Assembly (NCBI GenBank): GCA_030390025.1
Contig: CM059438.1
Location: 53,198,001-53,262,000, forward strand
DNA length: 64,000 nucleotides
DNA from: Squalus acanthias
Lineage: Eukaryota
Reading direction: 5' to 3'
Notes under the pieces: generated by a model
The model's input: only the letters and a program-made list of their open reading frames with translations
Told to the model about the DNA's origin: nothing
Databases searched by the model: none
Shown here: piece by piece, positions 1 to 13,409 of the stretch
How positions within the stretch are numbered: position 1 is the stretch's first letter
Layout of the letters: each line of letters opens with the position of its first letter
Program-made: the position numbers and the translations under genes

Positions 1-187
1 TGAATTCCATTTGCCACTTTTCTTCCCACCTGACCAGTCCATTGATATCTTCCTGCAGTCTGCAGCTTTCCTCCTCACTATCAACCACACGGCCAATTTG
101 TGTATCATTAGCAAACTTCTTAATCATACCCCCTACATTCAAGTCTAAATCATTCTTACATACCACAAAAAGCAAGGGACCCAGTAC

Positions 188-1708
188 CAATGTTCCCTCT
201 AACTTTTTTTGTACTGAGCGGGCCACGAACTCCTTTGAGCGCGACCTTTACATCCATGGGCAGATTTTACAACAACTTTTACAACAACAACAGCAACAGT
301 GACCACTTAAAAGCATATATGCAGTAATGCCATATCGCCACCCCACCATCTCAAATCATGAGACAATCAGACAAGGTTCAATACAGGTTTAACATCTCTG
401 CTTTTGAATTCTATTCCTCTAGAATGAAATGAACCCCAGTGCTTTATTTGCACTTTTATGACTTTTTTAACCTGTGTTGCTACTTTTAATGATTTGTGAA
501 CCTATACCCCTAGATCCCTTTGCACTGCTACTCCATTTAGATTCTTATTTTCCAAGGAGTAAGTAGCCTCCTAAGTCCTCCTACCAAAATGCACCACCTC
601 ACACTTATCTATATTGAAATTCATTTGTCATTTACATGCCCATTCTGCAAGTTTGTTTACGGTAGAATGAATTAAAAGCTTTAGTTCGTCATGTACAAAA
701 CTCTATTTAAAAAAAAAATTATTTGTCCGAAATGACTGGAATATAAAAGATCTGCATAATAATGCATTAACACTTCAGAAACGTCACTCAGTTACACGGT
801 TAAGCATCGTTAAACAATCCAAAAGCGCAAGGTGAGCTGAAAAAAGCGTATCTATTCATGCAATTTGTATTAATTTTAAAGTTTTCAACGTATTAGTCCA
901 TCCCTCCTGTCACTATAGCAATGGCTGCACAAGCAACAGGAGCAGCGGCTTTCCCATGGCGCTGACGTACTGTACGTCCACATAAGTAATTAGAATATTA
1001 GTCATAAAACTTGGTAACTCACTCATCTGAAATAGGTTTAATAAGAAGATGAGGTACACGTGGTTATCTACTGATCTCTCCCACCGATTTTTAAAGTTTC
1101 GTTCAGCCCCATAGTGGTGGCCGGCTGCACTGAGCTGCCCCGCTCCGATTTGCCCCGCTCCGATTTTCCCCGCTCCGATTTGCCCCGCAGGGATTTGCCC
1201 CGCAGGGATTTGCCCCGCTCTGATTTGCCCCGCAGGGATTTGCCCCGCTCTGATTTGCCCCGCAGGGATTTGCCCCGCAGGGATTTGCCCCGCTCCGATT
1301 TGCCCTGCGGGGATCGCGGAGTTTGGGTAACACAGGCCCCTGGAACCGTGGCACCAAAGGAGAAGGAGGGAGACGCTGCCTTCATCACCATGGCAACCGG
1401 CTGAGCTCGGGTCCTCTACAGCTTCTGCCTGCAGCACCTGGAACTTCTCAGAGGGCGACACAACCGACATGTCACCCATTCCCTTTTCATGTGGCCACTG
1501 CCCCAACTCTTCTGTTAATTTCCAATTGGGTTCGGCTCTCAGGTCGCAAGACTAGCAAACGACTCTCTGTCTGCCTTCCGGGCCATTGTGTATTGGGCAC
1601 CTCTCCCACTCCAGCTGTCCAGCTCTCTGCGCTGCCTTGGATTTAAGTGCACTGGAGCTCAGGGACCAGTGCGCGGCCATGCAGCCGCACACCTTAGAGG
1701 AAACAGTG
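188..1708. mobile_element. Non-autonomous hAT-type DNA transposon
   Basis: Imperfect 15-bp TIRs CAATGTTCCCTCTAA / TTAGAGGAAACAGTG and an 8-bp TSD CCCAGTAC (180-187) / CCTAGTAC (1709-1716). No transposase ORF. Contains a CR1 fragment (~375-655). Confidence 0.85.
1135..1308. repeat. 15-bp minisatellite inside the hAT element
   Basis: About 11 units of TTTGCCCCGCTCCGA / TTTGCCCCGCAGGGA. Confidence 0.95.
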
Positions 1709-2778
1709 CCTAGTACTGAACCCTGTGGAACCCCACTGGAAACAGCCTTCCAGTCACAAAAACACCTGTCGACCATTACCCTTTGCTTCCTGCCACTGAG
1801 CCAATTTTGGATCCAACTTGCCACTTTCCCCTGGATCCCATGGGCTTTTACTTTTCTAACCAGTCTGCCTTGCAGGACCTTGTCAAAAGCCTTGCTAAAA
1901 TCCATGTAGACTAGATCAAACTCACTACCCTCATCAAGCCTCTTGTTACCTCCTCAAAAAATTCAATCAAGTTAGTCAGAGACAACCTTCCGTTAAGAAA
2001 TCCTGCTGACTGTCCCTGATTAATCCATGCCTTTCAAAATGACGATTAATACTGTCCCTCAGAATCTTTTCCAATAATTTTCCCACCACCGAGGTTAGGC
2101 TGACTGGCCTGTAATTACTCGGTCTATCTTTTATCCCTTTTTAAGCAATGATACCACGTTAGCAGTCCTCCAGTCCACTGGCACCACACCTGTAGCCAGT
2201 GATGATAGGAAAAGGATGGTCAGAGCCTGCACTATTTCCTCTCTTGCTTCTGGTTGTTAAACTCCTTAAGTATTTTAGCTGAATTAAAGGCACCACTACA
2301 AGCTAAATCAGACAAAAAATTGCTTAATTAGTGACGCACTAAGTATATAGACCTGACACCACCATTTCACATTCTGCAAGATTGAGGAAGTGGATAAAGT
2401 CTACCTGGGCAAGTGAACTGGCTAATCCTTCACTCCTGGACTTAAAGAGCACCCTTACCCTTTAAAAAATGTTTAATTTTTAATAATTTTACATTGGATA
2501 TACAGCACAGAAACAGGTCATTTGGCCCAACCAGTCCATGCCGGTGTTTATACTCCACTCGAGCCTTCACCCATCCTTCCTCATCTAACTCTATCAGCAT
2601 ACCCCTCTATTCACTTCTCCCTCATATGCTCATCTAACTTCCCCTTAAATGCATCTATACTATTCGCCTCAACCACTCCCTGTGGTAACGAGTTCCACAT
2701 TCTCACCCCTCTCTGGGTAAAGAAGTTTCTTTTGAATTCCCGATTGGATTTCTTAGTGACTATCTTAGTTAACACTGA

Positions 2779-3414
2779 AATAACAACAGAAAACGCTGGA
2801 AAAACTCAGCGGACCAGACAACATCCGTGGAGAGAGAAAGAGTTAACATTTCAGGTCGATGACCTTTCGTCAGAACTGGGAAGAGCCGGAAATCAAATAG
2901 ATTTAAGGCCAGGGTAAAGCTGAGAAAAGGGGGAGGGGATAAAGGAACAAAGGGGGAGATGAAGAGACATTAAGAGACATTAAGAGCTATGCAAGGCTAG
3001 AGGTGGTGTTAATGTGACAGATTAAGGCTGAAAGAAGTGTGAAATCCACTGGCAGAATGAAGGACAGCTGCCAGCTTCTAGGAGGAAAAAAAAGGTGGGG
3101 GGGGGGCAAATAAAAGGGTGGAAAAAATAAAATATAAATGTGATTGGAGCTGAGGTTATGATCTAAAATTGTTGAACTCGATGTTGAGTCCAGAGGGCTG
3201 TAGCATGCCTAAACGAAAGATGAGGTGCTGTTCCTCGAGCTTACGCTGCGCTTCCGTGGAACAGTGTAATAGGCCGAGGACGGTGAGGTCAGAGTGGGAG
3301 TGGAGCGGAGAATTAAAGTGACAGGCGACCGGGAGCTCGGGGTCCCCCTTACGGACTGAACGGAGGTGTTCCGCAAAGCGGTCACCCAATCTGCGTTTGG
3401 GGAGACCAAACGTA
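2779..3414 (-). mobile_element. 5'-truncated Penelope-like element (GIY-YIG C-terminus plus terminal repeat)
   Basis: ORF 3156-3458 reads KRRLGDRFAEH...HFN...RKLEEQHLIFRLG...GLN. Flanked by the 14-bp direct repeat TTAGTTAACACTGA (2765-2778, 3415-3428). Confidence 0.88.
2841..2877 (-). ncRNA. Minimal type I hammerhead-ribozyme-like motif in PLE terminus
   Basis: Minus strand: AGTT-CTGACGA-A-AGGTC(ATC)GACCT-GAAA-TG-TT-AACT. Catalytic boxes, a 5-bp stem II and a 4-bp stem I are present. Confidence 0.7.
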
Positions 3415-4668
3415 TTAGTTAACACTGAGATGGCCTCTAGTTTTGATCTTTCCGACAAGTGGAAACACTCTATCTGTATCCACTCTATAAAAACCTTTCA
3501 TAATTTTAAATATCTCTATTAGGTCACCCCTCAGCCTTCTCTTTTCAAGAGAAAAGAGACCCAGCCTGTTCATCTTTTCCTGATAGGTATAACCATGCAT
3601 TTCTGGTATCTATTTTGCACCCTCTCCAGTGCTTCTATATCCTTTTTATAATATGGCAACCAAAACTGCACGCTGTACTCCAAGGGTGGTCTAACCAAGG
3701 TTCAATACAAGTTTAGCATAACTTCCCTACTTTTCAATTCTATCCCTCCAAAAATAAACCCTAGTGCTTGGTTTGCTTTTTATGGCCTTATTGACCTGCA
3801 TCACAACTTTCAGTGAGTTGTGTATTTGTACTTCGAGATCCCTTTGCTCTTCTACCCAATTTAGATTCTTATTTTCCAAGTAATATGTGACCTCCTTATT
3901 TTTCTTACCAAAATGTAAAACCTCACACTTATCTATGTTGAAATTCATTTGCCAAATATATGCCCATTCTGCAAGTTTATTAATGTCATCTTGTAATTTG
4001 TTGCAGCTCTCCTCAGTATTGACTATCCTCCCAATTTGGTGTCATCCGCAATTTAGAAAATGTGTTTTTGATTCCAAAATCTAAATCGTTAATATAAATT
4101 GTGAACAACAGTGGTCCCAGCAGTGATCCTTGTGGGGCCCCACTTCCCACTTCCTGCCACTCTCAATAGCTGCTCTTTACCCCTACTCTCTGCTTTCTGT
4201 CTTGCAGTCAGCTCGCTATCCATTCTGCTTCTTGTCCCCTGACTCTACAGTCTCTGACCTTGTTCATTAGTCTATTATGTGGTACCTTATCGAAGACCTT
4301 TTAGAAGTTATGGGGGGAAAAATTCAGTGTCGACCATTTTGGGGCGCTAATATCGGCCGGGCGCAAAAATTAGCGCCAGGCGCAAATTATCGCCAGCAAC
4401 CGGGAAATTCGTCTCCAGCGCCCCTGGTGGTGATTGGAGCACTAAATCAAGTGCTACACACCTCTCTTCGGGCGCTGACTTTGGGGAGCGCGGCGCTACC
4501 TCAGAGCGCGACTGAAGCTCAGGCGATGTCAATCACCTTGTACTCAGACATACTGGCGCCGTCCAGTTCTTAAAGGGGAGGGTCAATCATGCTGCACAGC
4601 CTCACCCTGATCATTGCTGCATTTGACCTGGGCCTGCAAGGAGGTGCAAATCTTCAACAAAGATTATC

Positions 4669-6158
4669 ATGGCTACTCAGAGGCCCAGGGAGAGAGCTCG
4701 CCGGTTTAGCGACCAGGCATTGGTGGCTCTGGTTGTCACTGTGGAACGCCGATGGGCAGTGCTGTTTCCAGACACTGGCAGGAGGCCATTGCCCCGGGAG
4801 TTTACAAAGGTGTAGAGGGAGGTTGCCCAGTACGTTTCATCCAGGAGCCTGGTCCAAAGGACTTACACCCAGTGTTGCAAGAAGTTCAACGACCTCACTC
4901 GGGTGGTCAGGATGAGTAGATGCTTGAAATACCTCTACATCCCACCATCTCAACCTCACTCTGTGCACAGACTGTGTAAACTGCCAGATCCCCAACACTC
5001 ACCCAACAACTATGCCCATACACTAAAAGTCGCATCCACAGCCCACACCTTGGAGACATTAATGGCTATTCAACTATGGTAGGCACATCTGCCAAACACA
5101 TGGCTGCACACTCACTCACACACTGTCCTTTTTCTTGCAGGCCAAGCTTTCACATAACAGGGGGAAGCAGTAACGTACGGGAGGAGGTCAGGCGGAGCTG
5201 CTCCCCCTCACACAGCTGAAGGAGCGAGTGCACAGACTAATCGCGCGTCATGTCGTGGGCGCTGTGGCAGTTGGAGAGGTCGACCCCCTTGGGGGCAGCA
5301 AAGGTATGTTCATCATCTTTCTCTCCTCTCTCATACCACTTCCCCCTCACAACACCAGCCTTTTACACTTTCAATCTAATTAACTGTCTCCAGTCCTTGC
5401 AATGGCAAGGGTGCCCGACAGCATGGATGCACTAGCTAGGAGCGTGGAGGAGTCCGCTGCCAGCACAGCTGTTATCAGTGTGCAAACCCTCAAACCCATC
5501 CTTGCCTTGTTGCAGAGGATGGTTGAATTGCAGAGGGGACCCAGACCCCATGCCACGTGTAATGGGTGAGGTGGCAGCAACTAGTGCAGCACAGGCTGAG
5601 GCAACGCAACGGCTTAGTGCTGGAATCGAGTCATTGGCTGGTGCCATCCAGTCTCAGACTGCTCTGATGCAGTCTCAGATTGATGCCACGCAAGCGCTGA
5701 CTGCTGCCATTGTCACTGGGTTGCCCACAGTCCACCGGGGATCTGACGGTGCCGCAGCAGGCCAGCAATCTGTGCTCGAGCAGATTGCTCCGGATGCTGA
5801 GGTTCTGCCCCGGGGGAGTGGCAGTGTGTCTGTTGAGCAGGAAGGTGCTGTCCTCTCTCAGGATGACAGCATTCCTGCTCCCACCACGGCCACTCCACCA
5901 TTGCACTTGGCACAGCCTGTAACCCAGCCAGCCCAGACTGCTGCCGCCCATGCAGAGTTGGTGCAGTCTGCAGCCGGGCCCTCCAGGCCCAGAGCTGGTC
6001 GAGGGCGTCCTGCAAGGCCATCTGCAGTCTCTGGATCCAAGATTCAACTAACTTCCAACTGCCTTGCTGCAGCCACTGGGGCCCCATTACGGAGGAGCAG
6101 TAGGGAGGGTAGGGGAGAAGTGCGAAGGGGAGGGAGATCATTCAAGAAGGGTGAATAA
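4669..6158 (+). pseudogene. Harbinger A1 Myb/SANT partner gene, disrupted
   Basis: ATG 4669, RTYTQCCKKFNDLTRVVR motif, exon 2 near 5141-5303, and last-exon ORF 5478-6158 homologous to 22164-23051. Has a stop, a frameshift and a mutated exon-1 donor (ATGAGT). Confidence 0.85.
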
Positions 6159-7020
6159 CTAAAAGAAATTTAACATATGGGGACAATGTTTGCACCAAAG
6201 TTGGATGTGTTTGTAAATATATTGTTCACTCTGTTAAGACTTAATTCGATGTGGTAAGAACCAGTTTTGTTTGTTAATGAATTGTTGTGTTTGTTTGTTA
6301 TTGGTTGTGCTTAATAAGACACAGTTGGTCAGAAAAATAAAAATTTATATTGAAACGTTACAAATTTCCTCATGTTATTCATTGGAGCTTTGCCCAGCAA
6401 TAGAGGCTGCGGGATGCTTGCGATGATGTGCTTGTTGATCCCAGAAGCCATCTTCTCTGTCATTCATCAGAAGCGGTGTCTTATCAGGCGTTCACGAACG
6501 GCCCGTGCTGAAGCAACATTGAGCGCCTCCCTCCCACGTTGGTGCTGCTGATCTCCTCCTCCTCCTCCGCCTCCTCCTCCTCCGCCTCCTCCTCCTCCTC
6601 CTCTCCCTCTTCCTCCTCCTGAGGTGGTGCACCAATCCCTGGTGGCAATGGCTGGGTCCTCAGAATTGCGAGGTTGTGAAGCATTCAACACACAACAATG
6701 AAAAGCGAGACTCGCTCGGGAGAGTACTGCAGGGCTCCTCCAGAGTGGTCAAGACACTGGAACCGTTGCTTCAGCACGCCGATCGTCTGTTCAATGAGGT
6801 TCCTAGTGGCGCTATGGCTCTCATTGTATGCGAGCTTAGCAGGAGTGCTGGGGTTACGGAGCGGTGTCATCAGCCAGGTGCAGAGTGGATAACCCTTGTC
6901 CCCGAGGAGCCAGCCGTGAGCTTGATGCGATGGTTGGAACAGGTCTGGGACACCAGTCTGGCACAGGATGAATGCATCGTGGCTGCTGCCAGGATAGCGG
7001 GCATTGACGGCGAGGATGCG

Positions 7021-9910
7021 CCATCCGTGGCTAAGTAAAGAAATTAAGGATAGTATCCGACTAAAAACAAGGACATATAAGGTAGCCAAACTTAGTGGGA
7101 GGATAGAAGATTGGGAAGTCTTCAAAAGACAGCAAAAAGTAACTAAAGGATTGATTAAGAAAGGGAAGATAGATTATGAAAATAAATTAGCAAAAAATAT
7201 AAAAACAGATAGCAAGAGTTTCTATAGTTATATAAAAAGAAAAAGGGTGGCTAAGGCAAACGTAGGTCCCTTAGAGGATGAGACCGGGAAATTAATGGTG
7301 GGAAACATGGAGATGGCAAAAATGCTGAACAAATATTTTGTTTCAGTCTTTACGGTAGAGGACACTAAGAATATCCCAACACTGGACAAACAGGGGGCTC
7401 TGGGGGGGGGAGGAGCTAAATACGATTAAAATCACTAAGGAATTGGTACTCAGTAAAATAATGGGACTCAAGGCGGATAAATCCCCTGGACCTGATGGCT
7501 TACATCCTAGGGTCTTGAGGGAAGTGGCAGTAGAGATTGTGGATGCTTTGGTAATAATTTTCCAAAATTCCCTGGACTCAGCAAAGGTCCCGGCAGATTG
7601 GAAAACTGCTAATGTAACACCCTTATTTAAAAAGGGTAGTAGGCAGAAGGCTGGAAATTATAGACCAGTTAGCCTAACATCTGTGGTGGGTAAAATTTTG
7701 GAGTCTATTATTAAGGAGACAGTAACAGAACATTTAGATAAACATAATTTAATAGGACAAAGTCAGCATGGCTTTATGAAGGGGAAGTCATGTCTGACAA
7801 ATTTGCTTGAGTTCTTTGAGGACATAACGTACAGGGTGGATAAAGGGGAACCAGTGGACGTAGTGTATTTAGACTTCCAGAAGGCATTCGACAAGGTGCC
7901 ACATAAAAGATTATTGCTCAAGATAAAAAATCACTGGATTGGGGGTAATATTCTGGCATGGGTGGAGGATTGGTTGTCTAACAGGAAGCAGAGAGTTGAG
8001 ATAAATGGTTCATTCTCGGACTGGCAACCAGTAGCCAATGGTGTTCCACAGGGGTCGGTGCTGGGTCCCCAACTCTTTACAATCTATATTAACGATTTGG
8101 AGGAGGGGACCGAGTGTAACATATCAAAGTTTGCAGATGATACAAAGATGGGAGGGAAAGTAGAAAGTGAGGAGGACATAAAAAACCTACAAGGGGATGT
8201 AGACAGGCTGGGTGAGTGGGCGGAGATTTGGCAGATGCAATACAATATTGGAAAATGTGAGGTTATGCACTTTGGCAGGAAAAATCAGAGAGCAAGTTAT
8301 TATCTTAATGGCGAGAAACTGGAAAGTACTGCAGTACAAAGGGATCTGGGGGTCCTAGTGCAAGAAAATCAAAAAGTTAGTATGCAGGTGCAGCAGGTGA
8401 TCAAGAAGGCCAACGGAATGTTGGCTTTTATTGCTAGGGGGATAGATTATAAAAACAGGGAGGTATTGCTGCAGTTATATAAGGTATTGGTGAGACCACA
8501 CCTGGAATACTACATACAGTTTTGGTGTCCATACTTAAGAAAAGACATACTTGCTCTCGAGGCAGTACAAAGAAGGTTCACTCGGTTGATCCCAGGGATG
8601 AGGGGGTGGACATATGGGCCCAGAAATTAAAGACGGAGCCTTCCTGCGGGGGTAAGGCTTCCCCGCGATATCTCACTGCGCGCCTGCCTTTTCCTTCCGA
8701 GCTCACACGAACTTTAGTTTCAAGGCTGCAGCTGTGCAGTGTGTGAGTATCCCACAGACGCAGTTAATTCGTGCGAGCTGTGGGATCACGTGATTCAGTT
8801 AGAGCCAATGGCAGCACACCATCTTTCATTCATAGTTTTGACAGCAAGGGCTGTCAAAGCTATGAATCTATACCCCCCCAAAAGAACAGCTAAACCTCAA
8901 TTAAATTTAAAAAAAAAAACCATCACATTAATAAAATAAGTATAGTTAAATAAATTAACCACTTTAAACAAAAAATTAAATTTTTGAAAAAATTAAAAAT
9001 CTTTTTAAAAGTTATAAAAATAAACTTACCTTTCTTTAAAGTCTCTAAAAAAGATAAATCTGTTGAAATTTTTTTAAAATAATACTTAATTAACTACTTA
9101 CCTTGTTAAAAGAGGGTCTTACGCCTCCTTTCTTTATGTGCAAAATCTTCCATGCTTACCTGCGCGTTCAAAGCACTAAGTGCACTGCGTGCGCGCAGCC
9201 CATAGCGCGCACGCGGTTCACTTAGGAACCGCCCCCTTTTGAGTTCACCAAGTGCCGGTTTTCAGCGCATGCGCAGTGCATGCAGAAAACCGGCAATTGG
9301 AGACAGAATACGCGAGAGTACACAGTGCGTACTCTCGCGTACTAAGACTAATTTTTGGGCCATGAGGAGAGGTTGAGTAGATTGGGACTCTACTCATTGG
9401 AGTTCAGAAGAATGAGAGGCGATCTTATTGAAACATATAAGATTGTGAAGGGGCTTGATCGGGTGGATGCGGTAAGGATGTTCCCAAGGATGGGTGAAAC
9501 TAGAACTAGGGGGCATAATCTTAGAATAAGGGGCTGCTCTTTCAAAACTGAGATGAGGAGAAACTTCTTCACTCAGAGGGTAGTAGGTCTGTGGAATTTG
9601 CTGCCCCAGGAAGCTGTGGAAGCTACATCATTACATAAATTTAAAACAGAAATAGACAGTTTCCTAGAAGTAAAGGGAATTAGGGGTTACGGGGAGCGGG
9701 CAGGAAATTGGACATGAGGCTGAGTTCGGATCGGTCAAGGCCCTGTGGGTGGCGGAGCGGGTCCAGGTGCTGAGTGGCCGGGTCCTGCTCCTACTTCTTG
9801 TGTTCTTTAGATTTGAGGTTAGGATCAGATCAGCCATGATCTTATTGAATGGTGGAGAAGGCTTGAGGGGCCGATTGGCCTACTCCTGCTCCTATTTCAT
9901 ATGTTCTTAT
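7021..9910 (+). mobile_element. 5'-truncated CR1 LINE, interrupted by a MITE at 8616-9360
   Basis: RT ORF 7443-8630 ([16 protein letters not shown]), C-terminus 9355-9717, 3' end ATGTTCTTATGT. Confidence 0.93.
8616..9360. mobile_element. Harbinger/Tourist-like MITE (~745 bp)
   Basis: TIRs GGGCCCAGAAATT / AATTTTTGGGC(C) with flanks TAT/CAT. The CR1 frame WTY|EERL is restored on removal. Non-coding, AT-rich centre. Confidence 0.85.
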
Positions 9911-12626
9911 GTCTGTGGTCGCAAATCAACTGGACGTTGAGAGTGGAAGCCTTTGCTGTTGCGAAAAACCTCTGAATTCGCATGAGGTGCCCACAGTGCC
10001 ACGTGCATGCAGTCAATGGCGCCCTGAACCATGGGGAAGCCTGCTATCCTAGCGAAGCCACATGCGCGTTCATGCTGTTTGTCTCGGGCCATGGGGAATG
10101 AGATGTACTCCCTTCTCCTTTTGTAGAGAGCATTTGTGACCTCCTGGATGCAACAATGGACGGCGAATTGGGAGATGTTCACAATATCCCCTGTTGAAGC
10201 CTGGAAGGAGCCACTGGCATAGAAATTGACTGAGACCGACAGAGACGTCCTGGTCCTGAGCTGAGGCTGGAGCTCTGGTTGCAGGAGGTGGCAGAGCTCA
10301 GTGACCACCTCCTTGCTGAAGCGACAGCCTTCTAAAACACTGCTCCTCGGACAGATGGACAGCTGAGAATTGCTCCTGGAATACCCTGGATGGTGAGGTC
10401 TCCTGTGCAGAGCCCTCCTCCCTCTGGCCACGTTTTCCACTCTCTCTCTCTCCGTCTCCACTGCCTCTGACGGTGAAGCTGGAGGACGAGGCCCCGTGCC
10501 AGCACAGCCCCCATTTAATCTTCTAAATGTGGTAGTAATAAAGCTGACAGAAATTGGAAGCTGAAAAATCTTGCTGAGGAACAAAACTCCTTGTAGGACA
10601 GCGTTAAATGTTTCCAGACGCCTCTCTCCCTCTATCAACCTACATATGCAGAATTGATTGCCGACAGGAAAAAGCAGGAAGCACATGCCTTTAAATAGCG
10701 CTCCCCAGCTCCCAGCTGACTGCAAACCGTCCCCCTCTACCTGTCATTCCTAGTGCCAGGTGCTGAGGCAGGGGGCGAGAATCAACTTCCGGTTCGGGGC
10801 GCTACCGGGGCAATGCGCGCTTCGATGATGTCACGATCTCCGAGCGCAGGAGAACGTGGCAGTAGTGTTTAGCTCCACTGCAAACTGCCAGATCAATTTC
10901 GTAGGCGGCGCTAAAGTCGCCGCGCTCGGACGGAAAGTCGTTAGCGCCCCCGGAGGCACTAACGGGAGGCGTTAACCAACTGAATTTTTCCCCCTAGGCA
11001 TATTACATCTACTGCATTTCCCTTGTCTACTCTCTCTCTTTTACCTCTTCAAAGAATTCAATGAGATTGGTCAAGCAAGACTTTCCCTTTTAAAATCCAT
11101 GCTGACTATTCATTATTATATTTTTGGTTTCTAGATGTTCTTCTATATGCTCCTTTAGTAGGGATTCCAATATTTTTCCTACCACTGATGTTAAACTGAC
11201 TGTTCCCTGGACATGTCCTCTCTCGCTTCTTAAATATAGGTATAACAGTAGCCATCCACCAGTCCTCTGGCACTGCACCTTTTTCTAACGAATTATTAAA
11301 TATGTGTCGTAATGCCTCTGCTATCTCTTCCCTAGGTTCTTTTAGAATGCACGGATGCAATCCATCCGGACCAGGGGTTTTATCCTCTTTGAGTTTGATT
11401 AGTTTATTTAATATTTCTCCTCTTTTTATTTTAAATGTGGTTGTATCATTTCTAATCTCGTTTTCCGATGTCATGTCCACCTGATCTGTCTCCCTTGTAA
11501 ATACTGAAGCAAAATAATTATTTAATAATTCTGCCATTTTGCTATTACTGCCTGTGATTATTATCCTGACCATCCCTTAGTGGCCCTATTCCCATCACAA
11601 CTTTCTTTTTTTATTTATGTGCCTGTAGAATATTTTACTATTTTGTTTTATAGTCCTTGATAATTTAGTTTCATAGTTCGTCTTTGCCTTCTGAATTGTT
11701 TTTTTGACTTCTCTCCTAATCTCTTTGTATTCTCCATTGTCATGCTCTCCCCTGCTGTCCATGTCCGTATGCTACTTTCCTTACCCTCAATTTTTCCCTC
11801 ATGCCTTTATTCATCCATGGTGTCTCATTAGTGTTTAGTTGTTCTTGCTTTTAGACGGAATATATTTTGCTGGACGCCATTGAACACCATTTTAAATGTT
11901 TCCCATTGCTGTTCTACATCATTGTTTGCCAATATTGTTGTCCATTTTATTTTCCCAAGTTCTATTCTCAGCCCCTAAAAATTGCCACATCTCCAATCTA
12001 TTACCGTGGTCTTTGTCATGCTTATGTCCTTCTCAATTATTAGCTTAAACCATATTATATTATGGTCACTATTGCCTAGATGTTACCTTACTTTTACTTC
12101 TCTTACCTGCTCTGGTTCAATCCCCATTTCTAGATCCAGTAGCAAATCTTCACTTGTTGGGCTTCTTACACATTGGGTTAGAAAGGAGACCTATACACAT
12201 TGTAGGAACTCCATTCCCTTATCCCCTTTACCTACCTCTTCTGACCAATTAATTTCAGAGTAGTTGAAATCCCCCATGATTATTATTCTATGCTTTTTAT
12301 TAGTTTGCATATTTCTTCCTCCAGCTCCCTTCCACTATTAGGTGGTCTGTAGACTACCCCCATTAGTGTGATTGATCCTTTTTTATCTCTTACCTCTGTG
12401 CACGTGGATTTTATTTTTGTCTTTGTGATAACTGCGTCACTTTTTTCTACTGCTATTATGTTATCTCTAATAAGTGCAGCTACTCCACCTCTCCTTTTTC
12501 CCACTCTATCTTTTCTAAATATGTTACACCCTGCAATGTTTAATTCCTGATTATTTATTTGAAATGTATTTTTAGGAACAAATGTTCCACATTCAGTAAG
12601 GGGGTATGTATAACCAACACAAACCA

Positions 12627-12727
12627 ACACTGACGAAAGGTCTTCGACCTGAAACGTTAACTCTGTTTCTCTCTCCACGGATGCTGCCTGGCCTGCTGAG
12701 TTTTTCCAGCGTTTTCTGTTGTTATTT
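12627..12727 (+). mobile_element. Solo PLE terminal fragment with hammerhead-like core
   Basis: CTGACGA-A-AGGTC(TTC)GACCT-GAAACGTT, similar to the reverse complement of 2779-2873. 11-bp TSD AACACAAACCA (12616-12626, 12728-12738). Confidence 0.85.
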
Positions 12728-13409
12728 AACACAAACCATGGTTTGCATCAAGATAGAGAGGATAGACTAGAATAGACCTGATTATTCGCTATAGAATAGA
12801 ATAGAAAACTAGGCCCCATTATTCTATAATAAATAAAAGCAGAAAATGCTGGAAATACTCAGTAGGTCAGGCAGCATCAATGGAGAGAGAAACAGAGTTA
12901 ATGGGCGGAATTTTCCCGGTGCTGAGCGTGCGGGTTTGCGCATCGGGAATCCGCCGTCATCCCGCCGACTTCCGCATTTAACTCGGACGCGTTCCCCAGC
13001 GCGCCGCGGATTGCTCGGGAGAGGCGCGCAACCTCATTGAAGTACTTAAATGCTTGTTGAGAGACCCTTAAGAGGCTTTTTAACCTCAGGTTTTGGCTTT
13101 AACTTGTTGCGCACGGGATTCCCGCACCTCGGGAACCTCGCCTGTGAAGGGGAGGTGGAAGCTCAGTGGACATTGTGCGAGTCCATTAAGTGACAGCTGG
13201 AAAAAACACATAAAATCACAACGCACCTGCTCCCTTGACTAATGGAAAGACTCTTGCTGACTCCATTTTGTGCAGAGATTTAGCTATCATGAGTTTGCAG
13301 GTCATTTCTGCAACCTCGGAAGCCACTCTCACCATATTGCTAGTCACTATCAGAACATTGAGGGATTGGGCCTCTGATCTCCACTTTACCTGCCATCTAC
13401 TACATCAGC

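Larger units (their letters stand above)
1..2250 (-). mobile_element. CR1-type LINE RT fragment, split by a hAT insertion (pieces 1-187 and 1709-~2250)
   Basis: Minus-strand ORF 1552-1905 reads MDFSKAFDKV...GVPQGSVLG (CR1 RT). The sequence resumes across the 188-1708 insertion. Confidence 0.9.
6467..10514 (-). pseudogene. Harbinger A1 DDE transposase, frameshifted and split by a CR1 at 7021-9910
   Basis: GAIDCMH in ORF 9907-10725; PGSSHD, LGDKGY and RNLIEQTIG in ORF 6685-7125; acidic tail near 6550-6620. Confidence 0.92.
4312..10994 (-). mobile_element. PIF/Harbinger transposon, family A, decayed copy A1 (strand is that of the transposase)
   Basis: TIRs GGGGGAAAAATTCAG / CTGAATTTTTCCCCC, 3-bp flanks TAT/TAG, and convergent Myb and transposase remnants homologous to 20179-24342. 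Confidence 0.92.
2497..12558 (-). mobile_element. Degenerate CR1 LINE (ORF2 to 3' UTR) in three pieces: ~2497-2764, 3429-4311, 10995-~12558
   Basis: Minus ORFs LEKRRLRGDLIE (3415-3600), KCEVLHFG (3727-3948), KTPGPDGLHP (11106-11573) and GVVYRPPNS (12283-12732) lie in CR1 order and are collinear across the insertions. Confidence 0.88.

Noticed and set aside
913..1506. GQIPA-repeat ORF resembling a pentapeptide or collagen-like protein
   Set aside because: Produced by the 15-bp array inside a non-coding hAT element.
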